In this document: piece by piece, positions 27,229-36,648 of the stretch
How the letters are laid out: the number at the start of each line of letters is the position of its first letter
Position numbering within the stretch: the first letter of the stretch is position 1
Virus record (IMG/VR): IMGVR_UViG_3300028800_001035
Span: 1 to 64,000 of that record
Length of the DNA: 64,000 nucleotides
Direction: 5' to 3' (one strand)
Source: a virus
Notes under the pieces: model-generated
Told to the model about the DNA's origin: nothing
Databases searched by the model: none
The model's input: only the letters and a program-made list of their open reading frames with translations
Made by a program: the position numbers and the translations under genes

Positions 27229-30200
27229 ATATCAAGAAGCATACCCGCGCGCTCGCCTTCCTCGCCCCCCTGCTCTTTGCGGCGACCGCCGCGCTCGGCC
27301 AGTCCTCGCCGAATTTGGTGACGGGGCAGATCCCGACCGCCGCGCAGTGGAACTCCTATTTCGCCTCAAAGCTCGACTACACCGCCCCTCTAGCCGCGAT
27401 CGCGACGACCGGCTCCGCGAGCAACCTGATCACCGGAACCGTCCCCGTCGCGCGGCTCCCAATCGCGACGACCGGCGCGATCGGCGGCGTCAAGCCGGAC
27501 GGGTCGACGATTACTATCGGCCTCGACGGAACGATCACCTCCGTTTCGACCGGTGCTATCCCGTGCACGACGACCCCGAACAGCGTCCAGTACGACGCGG
27601 CGGGAGCCCTCGGCTGCGTTTCCGGCGTCACCTCCGACGCGACGGTCATGACGTTCGCACCGAGCGCGCTCAAGCTTTCCGGGTCTTCTTCCGGGGCGTC
27701 GTTCCTCAACGCGCCCGCGACCGGCGGCGGCCTCCTCGTCCTCCCCCCGGGGGCCGACACCCTCGTCGCCCGGACCTCGACCGACACCTTAACCGGCAAG
27801 TCGATATCAGGGGGTGCGAATACCTTTACCAATATCCCGAACGCGGCGCTGACCAACCCCGGTCTGACCCTCGGCTCGACCGGCCTAACCCTCGGCGCGA
27901 CGACGACGACCGTCGCCGGGTTGACCCTGACGACCCCGACGATTGCGCAGATCGTCAACACCGGGACGCTCTCCCTCCCGACCGCGACCGATACCTTGGT
28001 GGCGCGTGCGACGGCCGATACCTTGACCAACAAGTCGATGAGCGGGTCGGCGAACACCTTCACCAACCTGCCGAACTCGGCGTTCACCAACCCCTCGCTG
28101 ACCCTCGGCTCGACGCTCCTGACCCTCGGCGCGACGACGACCACGGTTGCGGGCCTTACCCTGACCGCGCCGACCTTTTCGACGATCGTCAACACCGGGA
28201 CGCTGACGCTTCCGATTTCAACCGACACCCTCGTCGCGCGGGCGACGACCGATACCTTGACCAACAAGTCGATGTCGGGCGGAGCGAATACCTTCACCAA
28301 CATCCCCAACGCGGCCTTGACGAACTCGAGCCTGACTATCGGATCGACCAACGTCGCCCTCGGCGCAACCGCCGCGACCGTCGCGGGGTTGACGCTTACC
28401 GCGCCGACCATCGCGACGATCGTCAACACCGGGACGCTAACCCTCCCGACCGCGACCGATACCTTGGTGGCGCGGGCGACGACCGACACCTTGACCAACA
28501 AGTCGATGAGCGGGTCGGCGAATACGTTCTCCAACATCCCGGTCGCGGCTTTGACCGGCGCGACGACCACGATCAATACTATCGCCTGCGCGCTCGGCGG
28601 CTCTTGTACCGTTCCCGCTGCCGCCGGGACCTTGACCGGCTCGGCCCTCGCCTCCGGCGTAACCTCCGCGCCGGGCGTGACCTCGATCAACGGCTCGACC
28701 GTTCCGACCGCGACCGATACCTTCGCGCTCCTCGCCGCGACCCAGACCTTGACGAATAAGACGCTCTCCGGCGCGTCGAATACGATCAACAACCTCAACG
28801 CCTCGAACGTCTCGAGCGGAACCCTCGCGACCGCGCGGACCGCCGTCGGCAAGTCCGTCCTCGACCCGGGGACCGGCGTCCTCGAAGCGATGTCGCCGGT
28901 TCAAACCGTAACGGCGACGAGCAAGACCTTCGCGACGGCGGACTTCCAGCTCGTCACGCGCCGGACCAATTCCGGGACGGCGATGACCGACACCTTCCCG
29001 GCCTCCTCGGCGACCGGGCTCGTCAATGGCACTGTGATGACCGTCAACAACGTCGACGCGACTGCCATCGACACGATCACGGCGGGGTCCGGGACGACGA
29101 TAGGCGGCAACGCGACCGACGTCCTCGAAGCCGGACGCTCGGCTGCCTATATCTATGACCTCGCGAACACGACCTGGCGGAAGAACTACAACTCCGGGAC
29201 CGCAGCGATCTTCGCGGCGACCGGCGGCAACGTCGCGAACGACATAGTCACGATGAGGACGAGCTACGGTGGCGTTCAGGACAGCGGTACGGCGCTATCG
29301 AGCCTCGCCCTCAACGGGACCGGCGCGGTCATAACGACGAGCCAGTCGCCGACGGCGGCCGACTTCAATACGACTTGCAAAACGTTCACGATCAACGCGA
29401 CGTCGCTGACGATAACCTTACCGCAGGCGAATACCCTTCAGCCGAACGGCGGATGCTATTTCGTCAGTAACCCGTCGGCTTTTTCGGCGACCGTTGCCCC
29501 GAACGCCGCCGACAAGATCAACAACGGAACGACCGGCGCGAGCGTCTCCGTCGCGGCGGGCTCCTTGACCCTCGTTACGACCGACGGGATCAACGGCGAC
29601 TTCCTCCCGCTCGGCGGCTCGAGCGGCTTCCCGATCACTCTCGGCTCGACCTCGGTCGGAGCGGGTTCGACGACGACGAGCATCTCCGGCTTGTCCCTCG
29701 TCGCGCCCGCCTTGGGAACACCCGCTTCCGGCGTCGCGACCAACTTGACCGGGCTTCCTTTGTCGACCGGCATCACCGGCTTCGGAACCGGCGTCGCGAC
29801 GCTTCTTTCTGGCGCGGCTTCCGGAACGGGAGGCCCCGTCGGGACGACGTCCCCGTCGTTCTCGGGAACGGTCAACGCCGTCGCGCTCGTCCTCTCCGGC
29901 AACTTGACGACGAACGTCACCGGGTCGACGCAGTGCCTCAACGTCAACACGCTCGGCGTTATCTCCGGCTTCGGGGCGGCGTGCAGCGGCGTTCAATTGT
30001 CGGCCGCGAACGTCTGGTCGGCGCAGCAGAGCAACTCGGTGACGACGTTGACGATCTCGACGGCGACCTTCACGCCCGACGGCTCGGCGAACAACTACAA
30101 GATCGGATTGACGAGCGCCTGCCCGTGCACGCTCGCCAACCCGAGCGCGACTCCCGTCGCCGGAACGGCCGGGCTGATGGAGGTCGATCAAGACGCGACC

Positions 30201-30365
30201 GGCAGCCGAACCTTCGGAACTTATGGTTCGCAGTATCAATTCCCGGGAGGGACCTCGACCTTGACGCTCAGCACGGCGGCGAACGCCGTCGACTATGTTC
30301 CTTTTTACGTCAGGGACTCGACACATATCGTTTTGAGCCCTCCGATCCTCAACCCGGTTCACTAA
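27225..30365 (+). CDS. Long Thr-rich fibre-like protein with Sec signal peptide
   Basis: MNIKKHTRALAFLAPLLFAATAALG signal; 78-aa repeats; C-terminal VDQDATGSRT...LSTAANAVD fibre-type motif. Confidence 0.75.
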   Translation: MNIKKHTRALAFLAPLLFAATAALGQSSPNLVTGQIPTAAQWNSYFASKLDYTAPLAAIATTGSASNLITGTVPVARLPIATTGAIGGVKPDGSTITIGLDGTITSVSTGAIPCTTTPNSVQYDAAGALGCVSGVTSDATVMTFAPSALKLSGSSSGASFLNAPATGGGLLVLPPGADTLVARTSTDTLTGKSISGGANTFTNIPNAALTNPGLTLGSTGLTLGATTTTVAGLTLTTPTIAQIVNTGTLSLPTATDTLVARATADTLTNKSMSGSANTFTNLPNSAFTNPSLTLGSTLLTLGATTTTVAGLTLTAPTFSTIVNTGTLTLPISTDTLVARATTDTLTNKSMSGGANTFTNIPNAALTNSSLTIGSTNVALGATAATVAGLTLTAPTIATIVNTGTLTLPTATDTLVARATTDTLTNKSMSGSANTFSNIPVAALTGATTTINTIACALGGSCTVPAAAGTLTGSALASGVTSAPGVTSINGSTVPTATDTFALLAATQTLTNKTLSGASNTINNLNASNVSSGTLATARTAVGKSVLDPGTGVLEAMSPVQTVTATSKTFATADFQLVTRRTNSGTAMTDTFPASSATGLVNGTVMTVNNVDATAIDTITAGSGTTIGGNATDVLEAGRSAAYIYDLANTTWRKNYNSGTAAIFAATGGNVANDIVTMRTSYGGVQDSGTALSSLALNGTGAVITTSQSPTAADFNTTCKTFTINATSLTITLPQANTLQPNGGCYFVSNPSAFSATVAPNAADKINNGTTGASVSVAAGSLTLVTTDGINGDFLPLGGSSGFPITLGSTSVGAGSTTTSISGLSLVAPALGTPASGVATNLTGLPLSTGITGFGTGVATLLSGAASGTGGPVGTTSPSFSGTVNAVALVLSGNLTTNVTGSTQCLNVNTLGVISGFGAACSGVQLSAANVWSAQQSNSVTTLTISTATFTPDGSANNYKIGLTSACPCTLANPSATPVAGTAGLMEVDQDATGSRTFGTYGSQYQFPGGTSTLTLSTAANAVDYVPFYVRDSTHIVLSPPILNPVH
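27756..28540 (+). repeat. Tandem 234-bp (78 aa) repeats, about 3.3 copies
   Basis: DTLVARAT.DTLTNKSMSG.ANTF.N.P unit; CCTTGACCAACAAGTCGATG recurs at 28021, 28255 and 28489. Confidence 0.9.
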
Positions 30366-31334
30366 ATGAGGAAGCTCCTCGCATCCGCGCTTCTATGGTT
30401 GGCGCTCTTCGCTTCGCCCGCCTTCGCGGCGACGACGACGGTTTTCCTGACGTCCGGCACGACTTGGACCGTTCCGGCCAGCGCCACCGTCACCGCCATC
30501 GAAGCTATCGGACCTGGTGGCAATAGCGGCGCGGCCGTTCTCAATACGAGCGGCGGCGGCGGCGGTCAGGGGGGTGGCTACGGCAAGGTCACGTCACCGT
30601 CAAACGTTCACCCCGGCGACGTCCTCAACATCCAAGTCGGCGCGGGCGGATCGACGAACCCGACTTTCGTTCAGGACGACACGAATACGGTCATCGCCCA
30701 AGGCGACTACGGCGCGAACGGTTCTACGCTAACCGGCGGTTCTCGATCTCAGACCAATGTAGGTGCGGCATCTACGGCGGCGGGCGGAGCGGGCGGATCA
30801 GTCGCTTCCGGTGCGCGGGGTGGTGCGGGCGGCGGCGCTGCTGCCGGACCTTCCGGCGCTGGCGGTCACGGCGGCTCCATTACGGGAACGGGCAATTCCG
30901 GAGCGGGAGGTGGCGGCGCGGACGGCGGAGCCAATGCCGTCAACAACGGCAGCAATCCCGGCTCGTCTGGCGGCAACGGCCCGCTCGGTTCGGGCGGCGG
31001 TACGACGGCGACGGCAGGCGTCAATGGCGGCGGCGGCGGCGGCTCTACCGGGAGCAGCGGCTTTCCGGCTCAACCCGGCGCGGGCGGTCCCGGCACGAAT
31101 TACGATTCGACCCACGGCTCCGGCGGTGGCGGTGGTGGTGGCGGCGGTGCAACGAGCTTGACGGCGGCGGCGGGCGGCGCGGGCGGACTTTACGGCGGCG
31201 GCGCGGGCGGTCCGGGCGCGGCATCTACGGGCACCAACGGAGCCGTCGCTTCCGGCAAAGCGGGCTTGATCGTTATTACTTACACGACGCCCAGCGGTTC
31301 TCCCCCAACCTTCACGTTTAGGTCGATACCGTGA
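30366..31334 (+). CDS. Glycine-rich fibre-type protein with signal peptide
   Basis: MRKLLASALLWLALFASPAFA signal; SGTTWTVP...IEAIG.GG and G..GLIVITY flanks of Gly-rich phage tail domains. Confidence 0.75.
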   Translation: MRKLLASALLWLALFASPAFAATTTVFLTSGTTWTVPASATVTAIEAIGPGGNSGAAVLNTSGGGGGQGGGYGKVTSPSNVHPGDVLNIQVGAGGSTNPTFVQDDTNTVIAQGDYGANGSTLTGGSRSQTNVGAASTAAGGAGGSVASGARGGAGGGAAAGPSGAGGHGGSITGTGNSGAGGGGADGGANAVNNGSNPGSSGGNGPLGSGGGTTATAGVNGGGGGGSTGSSGFPAQPGAGGPGTNYDSTHGSGGGGGGGGGATSLTAAAGGAGGLYGGGAGGPGAASTGTNGAVASGKAGLIVITYTTPSGSPPTFTFRSIP

Positions 31335-33334
31335 TCAACGAAGGCCGCCTCCTCAAGCATCTAACCTGTATCATCGCTTTCGTAATGATGACCGCTGTTT
31401 GGTCAGGTGAAGCGCAAGCCGTTCATCGCGGAACGAACGCGTCGATCGCCGCCGGGCCGGTCCTTCAAAACGTTGCCGTCAACTACGGCGTCTTGACGCC
31501 GAGTGGCCTCGGAAGCGTCCGCCTGAGCTCCCAGGACCTCAACTACGGAACGGGCCTCAACCCGTCCGGCCTAGACGTCCTCGTGAGCGGGGGCTGCGCG
31601 AAGTGGAGCGAGACCTTCGTCAGTGGGCGGTCGTCGACCGACTTCAACTTGATCCCCGCGCACACGGTCGAAGGAACGAGCGCGAAGACGCCGAACATCT
31701 CTTCCACAGGCGTCGGGCACATGACCGGGGCCTACGTCTTCAACATCGTCTGTGAGGATTCCTCCGGGACCCCCCTGGCGACAAAGACGCTCACCTACAA
31801 TTCCGCGACGAACGCGGTCAACATCGGGACCGGCGACCGCAACTTCTCGAATTGGCCATCCGGCTTCGGCAACGTCGCCGGGGCGAAGGTTCTCTTCAGC
31901 ACCGGCTTCGTTCACGACAGCGGGCGCATATTCTATACCGCCGCATTCTCTCAACAGGTGATTTGGACTTGGGCGGATACCTCGCGGCCAGGGGCGGAAA
32001 TTCAGCTCGAATTTGCAAGCGGGTCCGGGAACGTCCTTGTCAAGGATATGTCTTTCACGGGGTCATCAGTCGCCGGTATCGGTTCGCTCTTAACTCTCGC
32101 TGGCACCGGCGGTCCTATGTCGGCGGACAACGTTCACGGCTATTTGAGCCAAGCCATAATCGGGAACAGTCAGACGGCCTTCGTTTCGCCGGGCGGCGTT
32201 AGCGGTACGGTCAACAATTTCAGTTGTGAGTGGTGCGCCACCGGGGCGGCGGTCGGGTCAAACTATATAATGACAAACGGGTATTTCCGTTATGTCAATA
32301 ATAACGGCCTATTCTTCGTCAGCTTGCACGACACCGAAATTGATGATGTTACGGTTGCCTCGCTTGTAACTAATGCGCTCAACCAACATCCCGATTGTAT
32401 GCAGCGGGCAGACGGATCGTCGCAAATACGGCTCGTCGTCAAACGTTTCATGTGCATCGGAGCGGATGCTACTTCGACGGCGCAAGGCCCTTGGTTCGGC
32501 GGCGCGGTTCTCGGGAGCAACGGCGGCATACAGGGCTATATCAGCGCCGGATGCGGCAACACAAATCCCGGCAAAAACCTCTGCATCACAAGCGGCGGTC
32601 TCCTGACTGGTTCTGCCGGATCTGTCATCTATTCGCCATCCGGTTCGCCTGTCGGCGCGTCCGACCTCGTGACTATCGGCAACTGCGGCTCGAACTGTCT
32701 CGGTCAGACCTCGGTGGCGCTCAACCTCGCGTCCGATATCAACTACGGAAGCGCGGGAGCTCCGGCGACGTTCTACGGTCTTCAGACCGTGGACAATACG
32801 TTCGATATGATCGCCTACGCGGCGAATACCTTCAACGGCTTGGTGAGCGGGTCGGAGGCGGGAACCTCGACCGTTTCGCGGTTCACGTATATCGAGCAGG
32901 ACTACCCGGGAGCGGGAGCGGCTGGCGTCGGCTTTACTTTGGGAAATTGCGAAGTCACCCAGGTACATCTCGGAACGTTCAGTCTTAGTGGCGGGATTAT
33001 TTACGAGGGGATCGGCACTCGCAAGGCGAACCCGATAACCCCGGCGACGCCATGCTCTCCGAACGTCCCGCCCGCCAACACGACGGTTTCGAACGTCACC
33101 TCGGCGAGCGGCAATACGACGACGCTCAACGCGGCCTTCGCCGGGGGCAACCCGCAACCGATCCTCGAGGCCGTCCTCCCCGCGACGTACAAAGGCGAGA
33201 CCGTCGCGCAGCTCAAGCATTATTACTGCGGCGTCCTAGCCGCGAAGGTCGCCGGTCCGCTCGACGGCGGCGGGGGTACTTGGTACAACGCCTTCAACTC
33301 CAGCGGCAATTGGGCCGACGGAACGGCGTGTTGA
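31331..33334 (+). CDS. Secreted beta-helix-like protein (possible depolymerase/adhesin)
   Basis: Signal ending AQA; HPDCMQ motif reminiscent of pectin-lyase-like folds; many Cys; lower-GC core. Confidence 0.6.
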   Translation: MINEGRLLKHLTCIIAFVMMTAVWSGEAQAVHRGTNASIAAGPVLQNVAVNYGVLTPSGLGSVRLSSQDLNYGTGLNPSGLDVLVSGGCAKWSETFVSGRSSTDFNLIPAHTVEGTSAKTPNISSTGVGHMTGAYVFNIVCEDSSGTPLATKTLTYNSATNAVNIGTGDRNFSNWPSGFGNVAGAKVLFSTGFVHDSGRIFYTAAFSQQVIWTWADTSRPGAEIQLEFASGSGNVLVKDMSFTGSSVAGIGSLLTLAGTGGPMSADNVHGYLSQAIIGNSQTAFVSPGGVSGTVNNFSCEWCATGAAVGSNYIMTNGYFRYVNNNGLFFVSLHDTEIDDVTVASLVTNALNQHPDCMQRADGSSQIRLVVKRFMCIGADATSTAQGPWFGGAVLGSNGGIQGYISAGCGNTNPGKNLCITSGGLLTGSAGSVIYSPSGSPVGASDLVTIGNCGSNCLGQTSVALNLASDINYGSAGAPATFYGLQTVDNTFDMIAYAANTFNGLVSGSEAGTSTVSRFTYIEQDYPGAGAAGVGFTLGNCEVTQVHLGTFSLSGGIIYEGIGTRKANPITPATPCSPNVPPANTTVSNVTSASGNTTTLNAAFAGGNPQPILEAVLPATYKGETVAQLKHYYCGVLAAKVAGPLDGGGGTWYNAFNSSGNWADGTAC

Positions 33335-33365
33335 CGAATTTTTTAACGAAGAAGGGCAACTACCT

Positions 33366-33647
33366 ATGAAACGCATCGCATTGACTCTGTTCCTCCTCGC
33401 CTCGACCTCCGCCTTCGCCGAAGACGCCAAGCCGAAGCCGACCTGCGGCAAATCGGTCGAGGACTGCCAGAAGGTCGTCGACGACCTGACCGGCAAGCTC
33501 GGCGAGATGACCCTCGCCTATCAGGGCGCGAGCGCGCAGCGCGACGCCAACGCCAACGCCGCCGCCAAGTCGGCCGCCGACGCCAACCTCGCCGCCTGGA
33601 TCAACCAGCAAAAGGCCGCGATCGCCGCGCCTTCCGCGAAGAAGTGA
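33366..33647 (+). CDS. Small secreted coiled-coil protein
   Basis: MKRIALTLFLLASTSAFA signal; CGKSVEDC pair. Confidence 0.7.
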   Translation: MKRIALTLFLLASTSAFAEDAKPKPTCGKSVEDCQKVVDDLTGKLGEMTLAYQGASAQRDANANAAAKSAADANLAAWINQQKAAIAAPSAKK

Positions 33648-34030
33648 TCCGCCTCCCGGCGGCGCTCGCGGTTTTCCTCCTCGCGGGCTGCGCCAACCTC
33701 GCCGCCTATCAACCCTACGTGGCGGACGTCAAGGACCGGAAGGCCCTCGCCGACGACGAGGTCGCCTGCCTCGCCCGCGCGGAGGCCTACAAGGCCCCCC
33801 TGTCGGGCCAAGCGATCGCGTCGGCGGCGCTACAGGGGGGCGCGGTCAACGCCGCCTCGGGCGTCCTCAACCCGCTCGCGCCGGTCTTGGGGAGCCTCGG
33901 CTACGCCTCCGGCGAGTTCCTCTCCGAGCTCGGGCTCTTGAGCTCGGCCCAGCGCCGGGTCTTCTTGATCTGCCTCTCTCATCGCGGGATGCGGAGCGGC
34001 CTCTACGACGTTCTCGATCCAAACCAATAG
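33644..34030 (+). CDS. Lipoprotein
   Basis: Lipobox LLAGC; two further Cys. Confidence 0.7.
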   Translation: MIRLPAALAVFLLAGCANLAAYQPYVADVKDRKALADDEVACLARAEAYKAPLSGQAIASAALQGGAVNAASGVLNPLAPVLGSLGYASGEFLSELGLLSSAQRRVFLICLSHRGMRSGLYDVLDPNQ

Positions 34031-34039
34031 GGGGAAAGT

Positions 34040-34441
34040 ATGTCGCCGAATCTCAAGTTCGACATCAAGATAACCGGCAATCCGCTCGTCGACGGGGTCA
34101 TCCTCAAGATGGTCGGGATGTTCGCGGGCGGCCTCGCGATCAACGCGGCGGTCTGGCTCAAGGCCCACGGCTTCGCGCCGGACTCCGAGATCCTGACGCA
34201 GGCGATCGGCGGCGTTATGGTCGGCGGCCTCGTCCTCGTCGCCGGTTGGTACAAGAGCAAGAACGACTACGCGAAGGCCGCGCAGGGCGGAATCAACCTC
34301 GTCCTTAGCGGCGAGGCCATCGCCAAGGACGGGTCGACGATCATGAACATAGGAGCCCCGGGCTCGACCCCGCCGATGCCGGTGACGCCGAAGACCGGCG
34401 TCGAGATCATGAAGCTCGCGACCCCGGCGAAGGCCGCCTAG
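34040..34441 (+). CDS. Putative holin
   Basis: Two TM segments; upstream of a spanin-like pair. Confidence 0.55.
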   Translation: MSPNLKFDIKITGNPLVDGVILKMVGMFAGGLAINAAVWLKAHGFAPDSEILTQAIGGVMVGGLVLVAGWYKSKNDYAKAAQGGINLVLSGEAIAKDGSTIMNIGAPGSTPPMPVTPKTGVEIMKLATPAKAA

Positions 34442-34442
34442 C

Positions 34443-34685
34443 TTGGGCGCTTTTTGGACTTGGCTCCGGGAGACCGTGACGGGCGTTATACTAGGGTTCT
34501 TCGGGAAAGGCCCGGGAACCGTTTCCCCGGCCGAGCGGGTCGGGCAACTGGAGAGCGAGAATGCGGGACTCAAGAAAGAGATCGACGTCGCGGACCGCGC
34601 GGAGGCTGCTCGCGATCGCGTTCCTGACGACCCTCGGAGCGTGTACGACGACCCCGCCAACCGCCGGGAGCGCCCTCCCGGCTAG
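34443..34685 (+). CDS. Putative i-spanin (Rz-like)
   Basis: N-terminal hydrophobic segment plus coiled coil; overlapped by a lipoprotein gene. Confidence 0.55.
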   Translation: MGAFWTWLRETVTGVILGFFGKGPGTVSPAERVGQLESENAGLKKEIDVADRAEAARDRVPDDPRSVYDDPANRRERPPG

Positions 34686-34866
34686 GACGACGCCGACGGC
34701 GACCGCGCGCTACGTTCCCTGCGCAGCCGACCCGATCATCTCCTACAACGCTCCGGACCCGGATCACCCGGTCAACGAGACGGCGGCGAATATCTACGAC
34801 ACGCCGCCTACTATTTCACAAATACGAAAGAACAACGCCGCGCGCATCGAAAGCTGCGGCAAGTGA
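34561..34866 (+). CDS. Putative o-spanin (Rz1-like lipoprotein)
   Basis: Lipobox TLGAC, Pro-rich, overlaps the upstream gene in another frame. Confidence 0.6.
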   Translation: MRDSRKRSTSRTARRLLAIAFLTTLGACTTTPPTAGSALPARTTPTATARYVPCAADPIISYNAPDPDHPVNETAANIYDTPPTISQIRKNNAARIESCGK

Positions 34867-35183
34867 CGTCGGCACAAAAGGTCAAAAGCGTGGCAGAGAA
34901 CGCCTGGGTTACGTTCTTCGGACGCGGGATGCAGCTGATCGGGACGCCGCTTATGGTCGCCCTGATCCTCGCGGTCCTTCACAAGATAGACAATTTCGGA
35001 CACCGGATCGACGTCCTCGAGGACAAGATGTCGGTCGCCTATGCCGACCCGTACCACGCGACCGACGCGAAGCGCGACTTCGAGTGGCGCGACCGGAACG
35101 CCGCCGGAATCGAATCCCACGTCGAGAACCTCGACGGACGCGTGCAGGCCCTCGAGCTGGCCAACGCGCGGGGACGCAAATAA
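34863..35183 (+). CDS. Membrane-anchored coiled-coil protein
   Basis: One TM followed by a coiled coil. Confidence 0.6.
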   Translation: MTSAQKVKSVAENAWVTFFGRGMQLIGTPLMVALILAVLHKIDNFGHRIDVLEDKMSVAYADPYHATDAKRDFEWRDRNAAGIESHVENLDGRVQALELANARGRK

Positions 35184-35211
35184 GCTCGCGGACCAACCAA
35201 AGGAGAAGGGC

Positions 35212-35604
35212 ATGACAACTTCAACAGCAACACTCTCGGGCCTGGCCGCCCAAATCGAGGCCTTCGCGTCGGCCGCCGTTGCCGCCGCCAAGGCGGAAGC
35301 CGAGAAGATCGGCGCGGAGATTGTCGTCGAGGCGAAGGCGGTCGAAGCCGCCATCGAACCGATCGCCGTCATGGCGTTCAACGAAGTCGTCCAACAGTTC
35401 GGCGCGCTCGCGGCGGCTACGGTGACGAGCTTGTTCGGCCAGGCGGGCGCTTTGCTCTCCGGCGGCGAGAAGGCAGACCTCGCCGCGAGGACCCTCGTCG
35501 ACGCTGTCGAGCAATCCGGCAAGAAAATCCTCGCCGACGACGCAACCGCCCTGATCAAGAACTCCTACACGGCGGTCAAGAACCTGCTTCAGCCCGCCGG
35601 ATAA
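35212..35604 (+). CDS. Ala-rich hypothetical protein
   Basis: AGGAGAAGGGC leader before ATG 35212 (MTTSTATL). Confidence 0.65.
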   Translation: MTTSTATLSGLAAQIEAFASAAVAAAKAEAEKIGAEIVVEAKAVEAAIEPIAVMAFNEVVQQFGALAAATVTSLFGQAGALLSGGEKADLAARTLVDAVEQSGKKILADDATALIKNSYTAVKNLLQPAG

Positions 35605-35633
35605 CGCGCCGACGATTGATCCTAGATAGAATG

Positions 35634-35671
35634 AAAAACGCCGCCGAGGCTTTCGCTTCGGCGGCGTTTTT
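35634..35671. terminator. Bidirectional intrinsic terminator between the convergent arms
   Basis: AAAAACGCCGCCGAGGC-TTTC-GCTTCGGCGGCGTTTTT. Confidence 0.9.
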
Positions 35672-35701
35672 GTTGACGCGAGGGCAAGTCGATTGCCGAG
35701 C

Positions 35702-35920
35702 CTACCTCCCGGTCTCCGGCGCGTCTAGGGCGACCCGCGCCGTCCCGTCGGGTTCGGAGAAGGCCGCGAACTCGACGACGGCTAGGACGGCTCCCGCGAC
35801 CGCCGGGAGGGCGAGGAAGGCGAGAAAGAGGAGCGCGACGAGGGTCAACCCTCCCGACCCCCTGACCTCGCGGCGGAACAGGGGGCGGGCTTCGGGCTTC
35901 GGGATATAGACGCGGCTCAT
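35702..35920 (-). CDS. Small membrane protein
   Basis: MSRVYIPKPEARP... with TM; ATGA overlap with the upstream gene. Confidence 0.55.
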   Translation of the reverse strand: MSRVYIPKPEARPLFRREVRGSGGLTLVALLFLAFLALPAVAGAVLAVVEFAAFSEPDGTARVALDAPETGR

Positions 35921-36495
35921 CGGCTCGGCTCCTTGTAGAATTGGTGGCCGCCGATCGACGCGGTCTCGCGCCAACCCTTCCAGCGGACCTTGGTCAGCGC
36001 GCCGTTCTCGTAGCGGGTCGCGCCGCCGGTCGGGTCGGGGGCCTCGTCGCGGTCGATCCAAGAAAGGAGGGCGACCTCGTAGGCGTCGTTCCAGGCGTCG
36101 TGCTCGCGGATCGAGTGGTCCCGCCCGTCGTTGACCCAGGAGAACTGGCAGACGCCGTTCCGGGGGTCGCATTGCGAGACGACCTTGCAGGCCTTGCGGG
36201 GGAAGACGCCGCCCTTCATCCGATTGAGGACGACGTTCGTGACGTACCACATCCCGTCCTCGCCCTCGCCCCGCGCCTCGAAGTAATTGTTCTCGGCGAT
36301 GCATTCAATCTCGCGGAGGTCCTCGTCGGAGAGACTCGCCGCCGCGCTCCGGACCCGCGCGTCGAGCGAGGTTCGGATCACGACGACGCCGTCGCGGGCG
36401 GCGATCGCGTCGCGGTAGCCGCCGGAGAAGAGGAAGACGATCCCCGCGAGCGCGAGAAGGCTCATCGCGAAGGCGGCCGGGCCGAGGCGGTTCAA
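35917..36495 (-). CDS. SleB/Hydrolase_2-family cell wall hydrolase with N-terminal TM
   Basis: CIAENNYFEARGE...V.NVVLNR, CQFSW, DPTGGATRY, IGGHQFY; likely TTG start at 36495. Confidence 0.88.
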   Translation of the reverse strand: MNRLGPAAFAMSLLALAGIVFLFSGGYRDAIAARDGVVVIRTSLDARVRSAAASLSDEDLREIECIAENNYFEARGEGEDGMWYVTNVVLNRMKGGVFPRKACKVVSQCDPRNGVCQFSWVNDGRDHSIREHDAWNDAYEVALLSWIDRDEAPDPTGGATRYENGALTKVRWKGWRETASIGGHQFYKEPSR

Positions 36496-36590
36496 GACCG
36501 CCTCCCGTTCGACGCCGCGACGATGATCGCCAAGAAGATGAAATTGAGGAAGATCGAGGCGACGAGCGCCCCCGCATAGTGTTCGTGCAT
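36492..36590 (-). CDS. Small membrane peptide (32 aa)
   Basis: GGAGA RBS; MHEHYAGALVASIFLNFIFLAIIVAASNGRRS. Confidence 0.5.
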   Translation of the reverse strand: MHEHYAGALVASIFLNFIFLAIIVAASNGRRS

Positions 36591-36648
36591 TTGCTTCGTC
36601 TCCGGTTATATACGCGAGAAGCATAGGCACGAATTTCCTAACGGGAGG

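Noticed and set aside
27756-28540. Repeats as a CRISPR array or DGR template/variable pair
   Set aside because: They are in-frame 78-aa coding repeats with synonymous variation, without spacers or a reverse transcriptase gene.
3593-35558. Many long antisense or alternate-frame ORFs (e.g. 3593..5047 -, 9556..11142 -, 27377..28852 -, 3847..5334 +)
   Set aside because: Shadow ORFs from high GC and strong codon bias: Arg/Pro-rich or mirror translations overlapping well-supported genes.
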